From Marsupella aquatica (Eukaryota > Plantae > Marchantiophyta): a stretch of DNA of 64,000 nucleotides. The notes under the pieces were generated by a model that saw nothing but the letters and a program-made list of their open reading frames with translations, had not been told where the DNA came from and did not search any database. How positions within the stretch are numbered: the first letter of the stretch is position 1; the number at the start of each line of letters is the position of its first letter. The translations under genes and the position numbers were made by a program. Of this stretch, positions 32,904 to 46,600 are shown piece after piece. Where the stretch lies: assembly GCA_973895155.1 (NCBI GenBank), contig OZ316899.1, positions 15,713,974 through 15,777,973 of the forward strand, given 5' to 3'.

Positions 32904-35900
32904 TGTTGTAATACAAATATTATCCCAAACACAGTGGATAGGGAGACCTGAAAGGGTACGAATTAGTAGAAGGGAGATGAATAGGATCATAACTACCCTA
33001 ACTAACATTGTATATATATGACCATGAATTGGTCATACTTTAATTGGAGTTGTTGATGGATTGATTGAGATCTTGATAGAATTAATGTCACAACACGTTA
33101 TCAGCACCTGATGCCTCAGATTTTTTTCTCGAGCTAAAAGAGACCAGACGCGTTGAACTCTGATAATTTCAATACACACCTATCCTCTGAAAGACAAACA
33201 ATCGGGAAGACAGACAATTTCCTCTGAATCCCCCGAGCCACTTTATTATACATGGAGAAATTACAATTCCCAGTATTGAAGATCGATGGATCAAATTTCC
33301 TATCCTGGTCACAAAACGCCGAGATCGTCCTCAATGCGAAGGGACTCGGGGACATAATAATTGCAGATCACCATGGAAACCTACAGACCAAGGCTCAAGC
33401 CATATTCATCCTTAGACATCACCTAGACCAAGACTTACAGGCCCAATATCTCGACGAATACAATCTGAGGGCGCTATGGGATGCACTCAAGCGGAGATAC
33501 GACCACCTCCGACTGATTTCCCTACCGGCAGCACGAAACGATTGGATACACCTCCGAGTCCTCGATCACCCAACAATAGCAAGCTACAACAGCGCACTAT
33601 TCCGGATCACCTCCCAATTGAAGGTATGCGGACAACAAATCTCGGAAGCCGACCAGATAGAGAAGACGCTGTCGACCTTCCCTGCAGCAAACATGACATT
33701 AGCCCAACAGTATCGACAGATGCACTTCACCGAATACTCAGACCTCATTGCCGTAATGCTCCTGGCAGAGAAGAACGACCTACTCTTGATGCAAAACTCT
33801 AAAACGAGACCACCAGGAACTATCCCGAAACTGGAAATACAATATAACTCCACAAAAGCGGCCGACACATTCAAAGGCAAGGGACGATTCCAGGGACACC
33901 ACGCCAAACAATACCCACGATATACGAAGACCAGATTCCAGAGAGGACGATATAACAAACCCCCGATGACACAATCTCCACGAAGGAAGACCTCTTGGCA
34001 ACGAGACCCCCAGAAACCACCCATCCAATGCTTTCGATGCGGCGGCCCCGGACATATCAAGCGCGACTGCCGAGCCCAACCACACTTAGTCAAATTATAT
34101 CAGGCAAGCTTGCCCACAGCGCAAACAATGACGGTAGCAAACTACCTAGAAATTGATGCAGACCTCAGCAAGTATGTGAACTCTGAGCCACCCCCAGAGA
34201 TACATCTCGCCACAGATGAGAAATTGGCCCCCTCCCTCTCTGACGACAACATATGTATCCTGGACAGTGGCACATCACATACTATATTAAGAGACAAACG
34301 TTACTTCCAAAAGATATCACCATCGAATCGGCTAGTGACGACCATAACGGGAACCAACAACTTAGAGGAAGGCCACGGCCCTGCAAGAATTCTACTCCCA
34401 AACAAAACACTGATCAACATACATTCTGCAATATACGCACCCAACGCGACCAGGAACCTATTGAGTTTTCAAGACGTCCACGAAAATGGCTACCAGATTC
34501 GCTCAACTTCAGGCCCAAATAATAACTCACTACAGATACTGACAGAAACTGGCGAAGACCCAATTATACATGAATCATTACCATACCACCCACCAGGACT
34601 ATATGCCACCCCGATACACACATACAAGGTGGAAGCAGAGACACCCACAATTACTGAGCTGTGGCACCGTCGCCTGGGCCACCCAGGCACCTCAATGTAC
34701 CATCGAATTCTCAAGGACACCCGCGGAATACCCCATACGGTAAAGCCCACATCTATGAAGGAAATCTGCCCAGCATGCGCACAAGGAAAACTCCAGATCA
34801 GACCATCAGCCTCGAAGACAGTACACAGGATCCCGGCGTTCCTCGAACAACTGAACATTGACGTATGTGGCCCCATCGACCCCCCAAGTGGACCCTTTCG
34901 ATTCTTTTTAGTGATGATCTGCTCCTCAACAAAATGGTCCCAAGTATCACTTATCTCAACCCGTAACTTGGTCCTGGCGCGCCTACTTACTCAGATCCTC
35001 AGGCTGAGAGCGCAATTCCCGAACTCACCCATTCGCACAATCCGGATAGATAACGCCGGCGAGTTTACATCCCCGGCCTTCGACGATATCTGCACTACAC
35101 TAGGTATAATAGTCCAATACTCAGTGGCTTACGTCCACTTTCAGAACGGCACGGCAGAATCATTCATTAAAAGCATACAAATGATCTCGAGACCAATGCT
35201 TATGCAGACAAAACTTCCCATTACAGCTTGGGGACACGCCGTCCTGCATGGAGCGGAACTACTGAAATTCAGACCGTCAGCATTTAATTCATATTCACCA
35301 TACCACATGGCATACGGAACCATCCCAGATGTATCACACCTTAAGACATTCGGATGCTTAGTAATGGTTCCTATACTAGGCCCCAAGAGGACGAAGATGG
35401 GACCACAGCGCCAGAACGGTATATATGTTGGATTTGATTCCCCCTCGATAATAAGATATCTAGAACCAACGACTGCGGACATATTCCGAGCAAGATACAA
35501 TGACTGTCAATTCCGCGAGGAGATATTCCCTACATTGAGCACCACCGACATACAAGACATACTCGAGCCTACCCAACTAAAGTGGCAAACTACGAACCAG
35601 TTTTGGAATGACCCCAGGACCAAATTAGCCAATGATGAAGTAAAACGCATATTACACCTGCATCAAATGATGGAGAAATTACCCGACGCCTTCAATGACG
35701 CCGCGAATGCAACCAAATCCCACATAGAGGCAGCAAATACCCCTGCCCGGATCTCCATCAATGAACGGCCAGCAACTGCAGCAGCACCCAAAGCAAAAAG
35801 AGGACGCCCACCAGGTTCCAAGGATCGGACACTAAGGAACAAACGCCCAACTACTACCTTACTCTCAACTATACCGGAACCATGTGCCGACAATGAAGAA

Positions 35901-38337
35901 ATTTCCCTGAACTATGCACACACAGGGAACGTCTGGATCCGCCAAGACACCGCGATTAATGAGAACTTTTCATTTCTCATATCAGAGACAATTTCCTCCG
36001 ATCCAACCGAGCCACACACAGTCAGTGAAGCACGAAAACGAGACGATTGGCCCCTATGGGAAAAAGCCATAAATTCAGAAATCGACTCACTTATCTCCCG
36101 TCAAGTGTTTGGCAAACTCTGTCCAGCTCCACCCGACATGAACCTGACAGGATATAGAATTACACTGGTAAGAAAGCGTAACGCAAAAGGTGAAGTCATT
36201 AGACACAAGGCACGATTGGTTGCAAAGGGATACACACAAATTTGGGGAAAGGACTATGACCTCACCTATGCCCCGGTTATGGACGCCATCACATACAGGT
36301 ACCTGATTGCTTTCTCACTGATTCATAAACTTAAGCTGCACCTGATGGATGTCGTCACAGCATATCTCTATGGAGTTTTAGACACAGAGATCTATATGCA
36401 GGCCCCGCCTGAACTCATTAACAGAGTTAAATTCCATATTCAGGGGGAGAAACTTCTCCCATTATCCCCAGATCTAAAGTCTGGCGTAGACCAGATTGTA
36501 CCTACAGAAATGCAGACGAACTTGATCAACCACAGATCAACCCCCACTGTTTTCGAGAAACAGACAGAGCTTGATGCTATACCATCTTGTCCCACCAAGG
36601 TTAAGATACCTGTGAACAAGACTGTCAGCAAAGAGAAATCCAAGAACAAGATTGCTGTACAGGTCCTCCGCTCTCTTTATGGCCTTAAACAGAGCGGGAG
36701 GATTTGGTATCAAAGATTTAAGGCAGAAATGCTCGCTCTTGGGTTTGTGAATCACGAGATAGCTCCATGCTTATTTATCAAGCATATGGGAGATGAGTTC
36801 ATTATTATCGCGATCTACGTCGACGACATAAGTATTTTTGGTACACCTGAACTCACTGCCACCACGATAGCAACTCTAAAAGCAGCATTCGAAATGAAAG
36901 ACATAGGCACACCAAATTACTGCCTTGGTATACAGATCGAGACATTACCGGAAGGCATCTTTATCCACCAGTCTACCTACACACGCAAGGTATTAGCGCA
37001 GTTCAATATGGACAAGTCATATCCGGTTACTACACCGATGGACCTTCGATCATTAGACCCTACAAAGGATATATTTCATAAGAGAACAGACTCAGAGCTA
37101 CTTCTCGGCCCAGAAAAAACCTTACCTCTCCGCCATTGGAGCATTGATGTACCTTGCGAACCAGACCAGACCCGACATAGCGTTCGTAGTGAACTTACTT
37201 GCAAGACATAGCTCCCAACCCACAATCCGCCACTGGAACGGCATCAAGCGAGTCCTCAGGTACCTGCAAGGCACAATAGATATGGGACTATACTATGCTA
37301 ATACGATTCCTAACGAACTCGTGGGCTATGCCGATGCAGGTTATCTATCCGACCCTGACGATTCTAAATCCCAGACGGGATATGTGTTCCTTCAAGGCAG
37401 GACTGCAGTATCGTGGAAAAGCACCAAGTAGACACTCACCACTACCTCATCGAACCATGCTGAAGTGATCGCACTTTACGAAGCGTGTAGAGAATGTGTT
37501 TGGCTTCGACAACTAGTCAACCACATCCATACCTCTGCCGGAAGACCTAACCTGACAGCTCCAACAACGATCTTTGAAGACAACTGACCCTGCGTCAATC
37601 AAATCACCAAGGGCTTCATAAAAGGAGACAGAATTAAACATATAGCACCGAAATTTTTCTACACCGCAGAACAACACGGGGATCACATCAACATAGTCTG
37701 GATCCCTTCCAAAGAAAACAGAGTTGACCTTTTCACGAAACCATTACCTAGAATCCTGCACAATGAACACTGCGAGGGCATCGGCATGCGTCGACTCTCA
37801 ATCCTGAAACCTTGACTACAGTACCCACAATAAGTCGACTCACCAACCAACATGACCTAAACCATAATACACCACAAGCAGGAAAGCACAAAGCCTGAAA
37901 CACATATTTTTCAATACTCGAGAACTTCCATTACCTCTATTTACAAAATAGAGAACACATACATTATAAATTTTTCTGGCCCATCATTGTGGGTGGTAAC
38001 ACTCTTTTTATCCCTAGAAGAAAGCAGAGGGTTTTTAATGAGGTTACACCTGATGGCAAATCAGATTAGAAATACCACATTTGGATAACTATTTATTACC
38101 CATTAGATTGCACCAAATGATACATTATTAGCAATCTAGGGGGAGTGTTGTAATACAAATATTATCCCAAACATAGTGGATAGGGAGACCTGAAAGGGTA
38201 CGAATTAGTAGAAGGGAGATGAATAGGATCATAACTACCCTAACTAACATTGTATATATATGACCATGAATTGGTCATACTTTAATTGGAGTTGTTGATG
38301 GATTGATTGAGATCTTGATAGAATTAATGTCACAACA
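32904..38337 (+). mobile_element. Full-length Ty1/copia LTR retrotransposon 2 (Bianca-like)
   Basis: 192-bp LTRs 32904-33095 and 38146-38337 (TG...CA, one mismatch seen), TSD ATAAT, PBS CGTTATCAGCAC 33096-33107, PPT AGGGGGAG before 38146. Confidence 0.98.
33252..37815 (+). pseudogene. Copia gag-pol, disrupted in late RT and RNase H
   Basis: Collinear with ORF 23084; extra A in run 37114-37119, TAG 37429-37431, TGA 37585-37587. Confidence 0.95.
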
Positions 38338-38542
38338 ATAATTTAATTTTTTTTGGAAAATTTGACGTTTTAGAAAACATTTTGACATTGTTATTTTTCC
38401 TGGTAACAGTAAATTTTTGTTGGTAACAGAAATTTTTTTACTGGTACTAGTAAACCTGTTTCCTGTTTACTGTCACGCATGCCATACCCCAAAATTAGCC
38501 AACCTTGGTCTACTCCATTTCTACCAAGAAACGTCGTGCAGC

Positions 38543-38594
38543 AGGGCAATGTGGAGCGCAACGGCAATGTCCAGGGTAGTCTTGAGTGCTTAGG
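38543..38594 (+). repeat. ~52-bp degenerate direct repeat, copy 1
   Basis: AGGGCAATGTG.AG.GCAACGGCAA...AGGG...TCTTGAGTGCTTAGG also present at 49377-49431. Confidence 0.75.
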
Positions 38595-38958
38595 AGGAAT
38601 TCTACGGTGCGAGCAAACAGGAGTTTTTGCTAGCGAGGCAGCATTGTTAGCGAGGCACATTTTATGGTCGAACTCACAACACATTAATGGAAAAAATGAC
38701 CAAATTTCACTGTTTTCCCTCTCTCAAAGTAATGAAAGTGTTATAACTACGGAAATTCATGCATGATTGTCATATGCATTCCATACTTGACTCTGCGCAC
38801 AACGATATTGGAAAACAATAACCGAATAGCAGGCACTTTCATGAGAACATGGTCATTCTTTATACATTGAAAGTATGGATATCCAAAAACCGGCACACAG
38901 AAAAACTATAAAAGTCGATGATAAGCAGTACAGCCAGTTTAACACTAAAGCTATTGCA

Positions 38959-39396
38959 TTAGTCATAAACCTCATCTTCTGAATCATCAGATATTGAACT
39001 TCTACTGGGATCGCTACTGGTCTCCCTCTCAGTAGACTCGGCAGACTCATCTAAATACTGGCTAATTGTCCTCGCTTCATTGTCAATAAACCTTGAACAA
39101 TCCAGATATCTACGAGCTCCTCTGATTGAGCGAAGCCCTTTTGCCTCCCAAGTCAAGACCACAGGAGCGTCATCAACCTCCTTTGCCGACTTCTGAGCAT
39201 AGCACGGAAGAGTGAAAGGCTTCTCTAGAGTAACCACGATGGATTCCTCCACTTCCTTTTGAAGACAAAATCTCTCCTTAGAAAACCAATCCACCCTCCT
39301 ATCACTGAAGCAACCACCGGCATCAGTTGAGGAAGACCAAATAAATAAATAAAACAAAAGAAACCAAATTGGGAGTCCGACACCAGAAGAGGCCAA
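38959..39396 (-). CDS. Unknown acidic-tailed ORF; possibly the last exon of the ParB/MTase-fold gene
   Basis: Starts 6 bp after ORF 39402; a GTAAAG donor overlaps that ORF's stop; contains RFIDNEA. Confidence 0.35.
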   Translation of the reverse strand: MASSGVGLPIWFLLFYLFIWSSSTDAGGCFSDRRVDWFSKERFCLQKEVEESIVVTLEKPFTLPCYAQKSAKEVDDAPVVLTWEAKGLRSIRGARRYLDCSRFIDNEARTISQYLDESAESTERETSSDPSRSSISDDSEDEVYD

Positions 39397-39401
39397 GTAC
39401 T

Positions 39402-42400
39402 TTACTCCAGGTCGAATTTGTCTTTCTTGCTTGAAGGTCCAGCCTGTTCATCTCCTGGTATCATGAACTCATCATCAGACCCAGCATCCTGATTACCCTT
39501 CTTTTCCTGATCTTGAATCATCTTGGACTTGTTAGAGTGCCTCTCCAAAACGCTTGTTAAACCTTTCTGAGCACAGGAATGGAGAATGTCCCTGTCCTCA
39601 ACACCAACAACTAACCGACCGGAGTATTCCCCTGCAGAAAATGAGCTTCCATCGCACATAGTCCAGTCAAGGACGATATCTCTCAGCTTCGTGAGGAACT
39701 CCATCACGGCTTGCATGAAGCCAATTGATAGCCTTTTTGATCCAGCAACGGCCGCTGTTGGACAGGGGTCAATCTTTGGGTAACAGACGCTCAACATTGA
39801 TTTATGCCTGGCATCTTCCAAAGACGTCAAAGGAACATAGGCAAGGTCTTTGGGAATTTTTGCATTAAATTCCACTCAACATAAGACGTCCAGAATGAGA
39901 GTGCACACCTGAAGGAAGAATGACATTCTATTAGAAAAGCCCAAAAACTTTGTTAGCAAGATTGCTAGCATAAATTTGAAGATGGAAATGAACCTTTTTT
40001 GAATTGAAAATGATAAGATGTTTGTTAGCGACATCGCTAGCATAAACCGCATCAAAAATAGCTCAGTAATATGTACCTCAATATCCATATTGGCTCTCCA
40101 TAAAGGAGTGGATAATAAAACTGTATATTGCTGTACGTGTTTCAATTTGTTTTTCTGCTCGACCGCAGTAAATATTTGCCGCATGTGATTGAAATCCAAG
40201 CTATGAAGCACAACCACATATCCTTTGTCCGAAAGCATGGGTCTCATGACTCCAAAAAAGTAATAAGGCAGCTTCTCGCTCCACACATTCCAGGACGGGA
40301 CCTCTTTGTCTGTAACGCGTGTTCTATGCCCTGTTGGAAGAGAAATGAATCCCAAATGTGCTCCAATCCTAGCATATGGCTTGCCGTTAATGATGACAGG
40401 GTTTGGGCATTCGACGCTCTTGGACATCCCAGCAATCCATCGATCTCCATCTCCCATCCAAGATGACCTTACTTTCTTTACGTTGATAGAATTTTCAATG
40501 TCGGTCAAATTACTACGAGCAAGGAAATGTCTCTGGCCATCCATCTTCAACCCACACATCCGAGCGACGCCTTGAGCAACTGAAACTTCATCATTGTCCG
40601 AATCCGACAGAATCTGGACATTCCTCTTTCATTTCAGACGCTTTATACTTCCCAAATCCACTGCACTCTTTGTTGTTACTTTGACATCTGGGGACTGAGG
40701 TTCCTCTCCATCATCTGCCTCGCTCTTCAAACTCTCAGAAGCAGTACCCTTCCTCCTCTCTATCAAAAAATAGATATTAGAATCTGTCTCTTCAGAAACA
40801 CATAAGATCGTGAAAAGAAAATGAAACGAAACATTGACACACTTACTTGGCTTTCCCTATATTTGGGACCCATCTTTGGATGTGTCTTTCACTGCACCTT
40901 TCCTTGGCTTTCGAGACCAAGTCCTATCCACTATTGCAGCTACACCAAGACAAGCCTTTTCCATAGCCTCGCAACCACCAACTTCAGCATCAATGGGTGC
41001 CAATTTGGACTCCGAGATGTAAGACTCCGGAAGGAATCCACGATTGATCATATGAAAAGCGGCTTTCTCTGTAGTGTCAAAGGTGACAAACCACTTGTCC
41101 GAGTCCAAATACCATGGACAGTGAAGAATCTCCCACTCGCTCATTCTCCTCGGAGCCTCACATCCCTCGCAAGGAAACATAGAATAATCCCCAAATTTGT
41201 CACCTGTAGGATCCTCTTTAACTCCTGCAATCCATGGGGAGAAGCAAGCTGGGTAGGACCACCAGTAGAATTTGTCTGCTACTTCTCTGTCTACAAAAAA
41301 TCGATACGTGTATCTCTTTGCTCTCCTTCGGAACAATGCAATCTCGATCTTCTCTCCTGTCTTGGGAGGCCAAATCTGCTTGAAGAAACGAGTCTTCACA
41401 CAAGTCTGGAAATCCTCAAAATCCTCCTTAATGTCAAGGATGAGCAAAGCTTTGGTCTTTTCTGAAGAACTGAGGATCCGGGACTCTGGGACAGTAGGCA
41501 TAACCTCAAGCACAGTTTCAGACATGAGGGAAGACGCAATTGACTCGACTTGCTCCCACACTGCCCAACGGTGAAGCCAAAGCTTTGTTTCACTATCGGA
41601 AAATTGACCAGGATGAAAGAATTTCTTTCGAAGCTCTGGACAACATTGCGCTTCCAGGAGTGTACATCGGAGTTCTGGGGATAAGGACGTCACCCCTGTG
41701 AACAACCAAGCTTGATCAAGACCACAAGAAACATTTCCTCATCCTTTGTCATCAGTTCTTTGGGCCTCCTTTCTCTCATTCTTGCAGTAGTTATGCATTT
41801 CTACACATTTCTTGAAAAAGTCTCCAAATTCTGGATTCAGTAATGGACCGATCTTAGGAACTTTCACATTCCAATCAGCCAATTGCTCCTTCATCATCTC
41901 CCGCATTGCTAAGTCTTGTGAGGCCTTCGACATGGGCTCCCCTTGAGCTTCCTTCAAAGCAAACTTTTTCTTGAGGTCTTCCGTCTGAGATGCAATGTTA
42001 GCAGCGGATAGAATATAAGTGCAGGCATCCAGCATCATGTTCTTGGAATACCAAGCTGCCTTCCGCACGTTTGCCATCTTCTACTGGAAAAGTTTGTAAT
42101 TCTCAGCATCGATGATATCCTTGTAAACTGACAAGTCATTGTTCAGAATCTTCTGGACCCGTTCGGCCTCCAAAACCCAGGAGTTTTCAATGTGACATTG
42201 TGTCAACCTGCCAGAGAATTTTCATGTTAGCAAGATCGCTAGCAAAAAGTGATTAACTGAAACACAAATTTCAGGAAAATGCTATACTTAGAAATTGCAC
42301 CTGTTCATTGCATGCATTGCCGACTCGATCTGAAAAAATGAGTTTTTATCACCCTTAAAAATCTTGCAAACAACTTGTGGATGGTACTTAATATCTTCTG

Positions 42401-42867
42401 GATGCTCTTCTGCAAGTTGAGTCCAAGAATAAAGTTGATGGTTTCCATCAAAAACAAAGAACATCTTGTCTTTGAGGACGTGGAAAAATACATGGGAATC
42501 ACATTCGCGTTTGAACTCCTCGTTCTACAGCACCCAAATGTCATCCCAAGTTTCGCGGATCGCATCAGTACACAATTGGAGCTCTCCATCCTCGTTGGTC
42601 ATCTGTACGTAAAACCGAGGCGCATCTTCAATGTAACCCTGGGTCCTAAACTCGGACTTCAATGTGTCTATTGTAGTTGAATCCTTTTGGAGAGATTGAA
42701 CAATTTGCATGTTCCTCATCCCTGCAGAGAGGAATTTGAGGGGGAGCCAGAGAAAAACCAAACTCATTCACTCCGAAAGAGTAAAGATGACGGTTTATGA
42801 CAATAGTATAAGGTTCCGAAGCGCTCAGATCGAACACCGGTGCCACAACATCTACTACTGTCACCAT
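39402..42867 (-). pseudogene. ParB/Srx-like domain fused to a degenerate N4/N6 (beta-class order) DNA methyltransferase fold; intron-containing, decayed
   Basis: FFVFDGNHQLYSW at ~42425-42461 (ParB-like DGNHR); HLGFISLPTG in the motif IV position, then MLSDKGYVVV; FLTKLRDIVLDWTMCDGSSFSAGEYSGRLVVGVE in the motif X-I-II position. Introns ~42208-42301, ~40760-40846 and ~39910-40076; several C>T or G>A stops. Confidence 0.65.
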
Positions 42868-43692
42868 CTTGGGTTGTCTTGGAGTCTTCAATCCCGATGC
42901 TAGCACCTTCTTGTTCGCTGTAGAGCTTGTTTCTCTTCTAGTCGACTCCCTGGACTGGAACGACTCTCTGGAGACAACGACGACTCCATGAAATAAAACC
43001 CTTCGCCGAAGAGTGTACTTTTCTGAAGAGTGTTCCTGTCCAGAGGATGCAACCCCGGCACGAGTGACAAACATCAACAACAATCAGTACCGGACAGCCG
43101 TACAGACTGTTACAAAGACCAGTTGAAGTCCTAAAGAGGTACAATCGTGAATACAGAAGACGATGTCGAGTCCGAGGAAGGAATAACAGAAATCTCCTGG
43201 TAGAGATCACTAGTTGTACTTTTGGGAAAATGCGAAGAACAACTCTCATGGCCGGGAGTATGTAATCCATACAAAACAGGACAGGTGTTGGTCGTAGTTT
43301 GTACAATTGACATTTTGGTACCCGTTGACTATTATCAACAGAATCCCAACGGTAAAATTGGAGACCGTTGAAATTACTTTTTGGCTAGCGAGATCGTTGG
43401 CCTGAAATCCGTAGTCTATATCTACATAAAATCTAGGAAAATCTTTATAAATATATCCATAAAGCGTGTCGTTATATGCTAGCGATCTCGCTAGCATGAG
43501 GACTCCGACGATACAAGTAGTAAAAGACAAAACAACGGTCACATCAACGAAAACTCTCTAACAATTTGGTCGATGTGTTGTTTCTATTGGGATGAAATGA
43601 GAATAAAGCTTCATCATAAGGGTCATGTCGACAATCCTAAGCATAGTCATCTTCTTTTGTTGTCATCTAAAATTTTTTCTGGGATGATTGAG

Positions 43693-46600
43693 ATGGCTTG
43701 CAAAGTCGTTTTGGAGCGTAGAATGATGGGAGATGTAGTTGTGCTTCCTAGCACACCAGGTTCATCAGGTGACAGTGACAAAGTCATTCCTTACAACTTG
43801 GTTTGGACTTCTAGATGGTGATATCATCTGCAAGTTGTTTGAGTTGTATTGTCAAAGTGGAACACGTAGTCACGAGTTGAGAGAAGACTGAGAGTAGTAC
43901 TTCCAACAGGTTTGGACATTGAAGGTTGGATCTCATGTAGAGGTTGTGTCGAGTAAAGATGACATTCCTGAAATCATTCTGGACCATGTGGATTCTCCTC
44001 CTGAAGAAGAGACTACTCGTGGGATTGATCTGGAAACGCCTACAAAAGAAATGGCCCCGGATATCATTGAAATATCTCCCGATAGTCTAAGGCAAGACAC
44101 ATCTTGTGGGTCAGCCAAGTTAGGAGGTGGTTTGGAACCCGGAGGATTGGTCAAGAAAATGGATGTGCTTACCATGCCAATAGTGTATTGGATGAGTGCT
44201 TATGACGCTTTCCTCAATATAAGTGGCGCGAGTGAACTTGCACAATTTTGAAGAGGGAATCAGTGGAAGGAATGCCAGGTTCCTAGTCTGCCATCGACAT
44301 ACAATGGTAACGTTGTTTTTGAACTTCCTCCCATCGAAGGGTCCAAACGCGGAGGAGGTCTTCAAGATATGGATCAAGAGAACGATGGCTATCCGTGGAC
44401 TTGACTTGTCACTACGTCTGCAAACCTGAAGCCAAGGTTCCATTGGTCTATCTCGAAAGTCCGATGTGCTGGAATACTTGAATGCCAGAATTTGGGATGT
44501 TGGAAGTTCAAGCATATGAATGAGAAAAATGCTTGCTCGTTTAGAGGGAAAGGGTTACTGACTGACATCTTCCGTCTTGGGGAGCACGTGAGTGAGGGTG
44601 GCATAGTATGTGGATTCTGTGAAGAGCGGCCGCTTTGTATTCGAAATTTCCCGGCAAAACTGTTGTACGTGTACCCTAAGCCAGGTTTGGAGAGTCACAT
44701 TTCAATGCATATGTCCAGGTTGGCTGTGCATATGGGATTCCATGACCATCCGGTTTGGAAGGGGAAATCTGGTTCAACGAGAAAGACTGCGGAAGATGTC
44801 ATTTTAGGGGTCCATAGATTGAATCCAGTATCAACTCTAGCATGTGTGAGAAACCAGTCCATTGGCAGCCTTGTCTCACTTTTGCATCCGGAATCATCAT
44901 CTCAGTTGTCGAGAGAAGAATAGATGGAAATCTGGAGTTCCATAGGTGTGGTTTCCACTGCTCCCAAGTTCCAAGCTATACTCCGGAGTATCAAGATGGA
45001 TAATCCCAAAAAAGGAGAACTTGATGCCCTTCGTGAAATGTAGTCAAGGAATAATTTCCCTTTTGTGCAAAGGTACCTTTTTCCTGGTCAAGGGAATAAG
45101 AATAATCGAGCGCATGTATTCAAAATGAGTACAAACGGACCTGGATCTGGTGTGGACATTTTGAGGAGCATGGAGTCTGGAGGAGTTTTGGAAGGTGCTT
45201 GGGTCAGTTTTTACGTGATGCATCGCATCACTACTGGATGGTTGACATTCAGTGCACATGTTTATGACCACAATTACCGGGCTCTGTGTACAATTTTTAC
45301 TTGTGAGTTGAGAGCCGAAGACACCGAGTCCCTTGAAACTGCGTGGCGATTGATGGTAGATGTGGCATCGGAGAATGGAGTGCATAATCCTGTTATTGGA
45401 GGATTCATAGCTGACAATGCAGAGGCTGGTTGGATTGGTGTACGACGAGTTTTTTTGGTGGTGTTCAAAATCCTATGAAAGAGCATAGCGATGCTTTCCA
45501 TTTTTCTCAGTCCCTGAGGAGACACACATTGGATGGCATCAAGGAGGGGTGTCATGCAGAGCATGATAAGATGTGGGAGAAGTTCAGGATTGCCCCAACT
45601 TACGTCGAAGCGTATAGAATTGCAGATGACATTCAAAAATGGTGGAAAGAAGGGAATTGTCATCCTTCAAAGCTCAAATCCCTTCAAGGTTGGATTTCAT
45701 GGTGGGTTGTGCGATGGAGACAATGGGGCAATTTTATTTGAGTGGTAAGTTTTATCCATCATTTATGATCCATTTAAGCCAACGAGATTGCTAGCCTAAA
45801 TATCGTTGTTTTAACCTTGGCTAGTCTGTAACTAGTGTGCTTTCTGCTAGCGAGGTCGCTAGCCTGAATACATTGACTAACATTGATTTTGTGGCAGACA
45901 CAAACTGCAAAAGAGTTTGCCTTGATGCCAAACTGCGCGGGATCTGAATCTTCTCATGCTTCAATGCGATCGTGCCAACCGAAGAAGAGAATTGGTTTGA
46001 TGGAAGCATGTGAAGTTGATCAGAATCGAGCAGTTGGACAGATTGCCGCGTTCACTGCGTATATGGAAGGATGTCATTGTGGTAATGGTCCTACAATATT
46101 TGAGTTGGCCTATCACAATGCAGATACTATGGGATCGTTGGATGCCTACGAGAAGGCATCCAATCTACTATTTGAATCCTCTGGAAAGTATGAGTTCTAT
46201 AGAACATAGCCTTTGCATGGGGATATTCAGACAATGTCAGGAAAATGAAAGGGTAATGCTTTCGCGTCTATTCATGAGAATGATTCTCATCGACAAGATA
46301 AAATATTGCGTACAGTGATGTCTCCATCAAGCTTGAAAAGAAGGAATCTGTACGCTGAATTCAGTAGTTTCAGAAGTGGTTCTGACCTTGGGGGACCGTC
46401 GTGTATTCCTGATAATGAAAACAGTCCCACCCGCCAGACAGATGCTCTCCCTCGTGAAGTTATCAATATCTCAGATGATGGTGAAGAACAAAGCCTTGGA
46501 ACAGATGTAGAAGGAACACCAATTACAAATGATGTTGGAGAAATACCATCTCCTCAAAAAAGTCAGGATCGGATTCGGGATGCCCCCCGAAGGATCCCTT

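Larger units (their letters stand above)
32754..38474. mobile_element. Short TIR element (~280 bp net) split by copia 2
   Basis: GACAGGAAACAGCAAACAG at 32754 and CTGTTTCCTGTTTACTGTC ending 38474 form a 19-bp inverted repeat with 2 mismatches; TGGTAACAG subterminal repeats on both arms. Confidence 0.6.

Noticed and set aside
39402-42867. Bacterial contamination or prophage (ParB plus methylase)
   Set aside because: The gene has GT-AG introns and is embedded among plant-type transposons.
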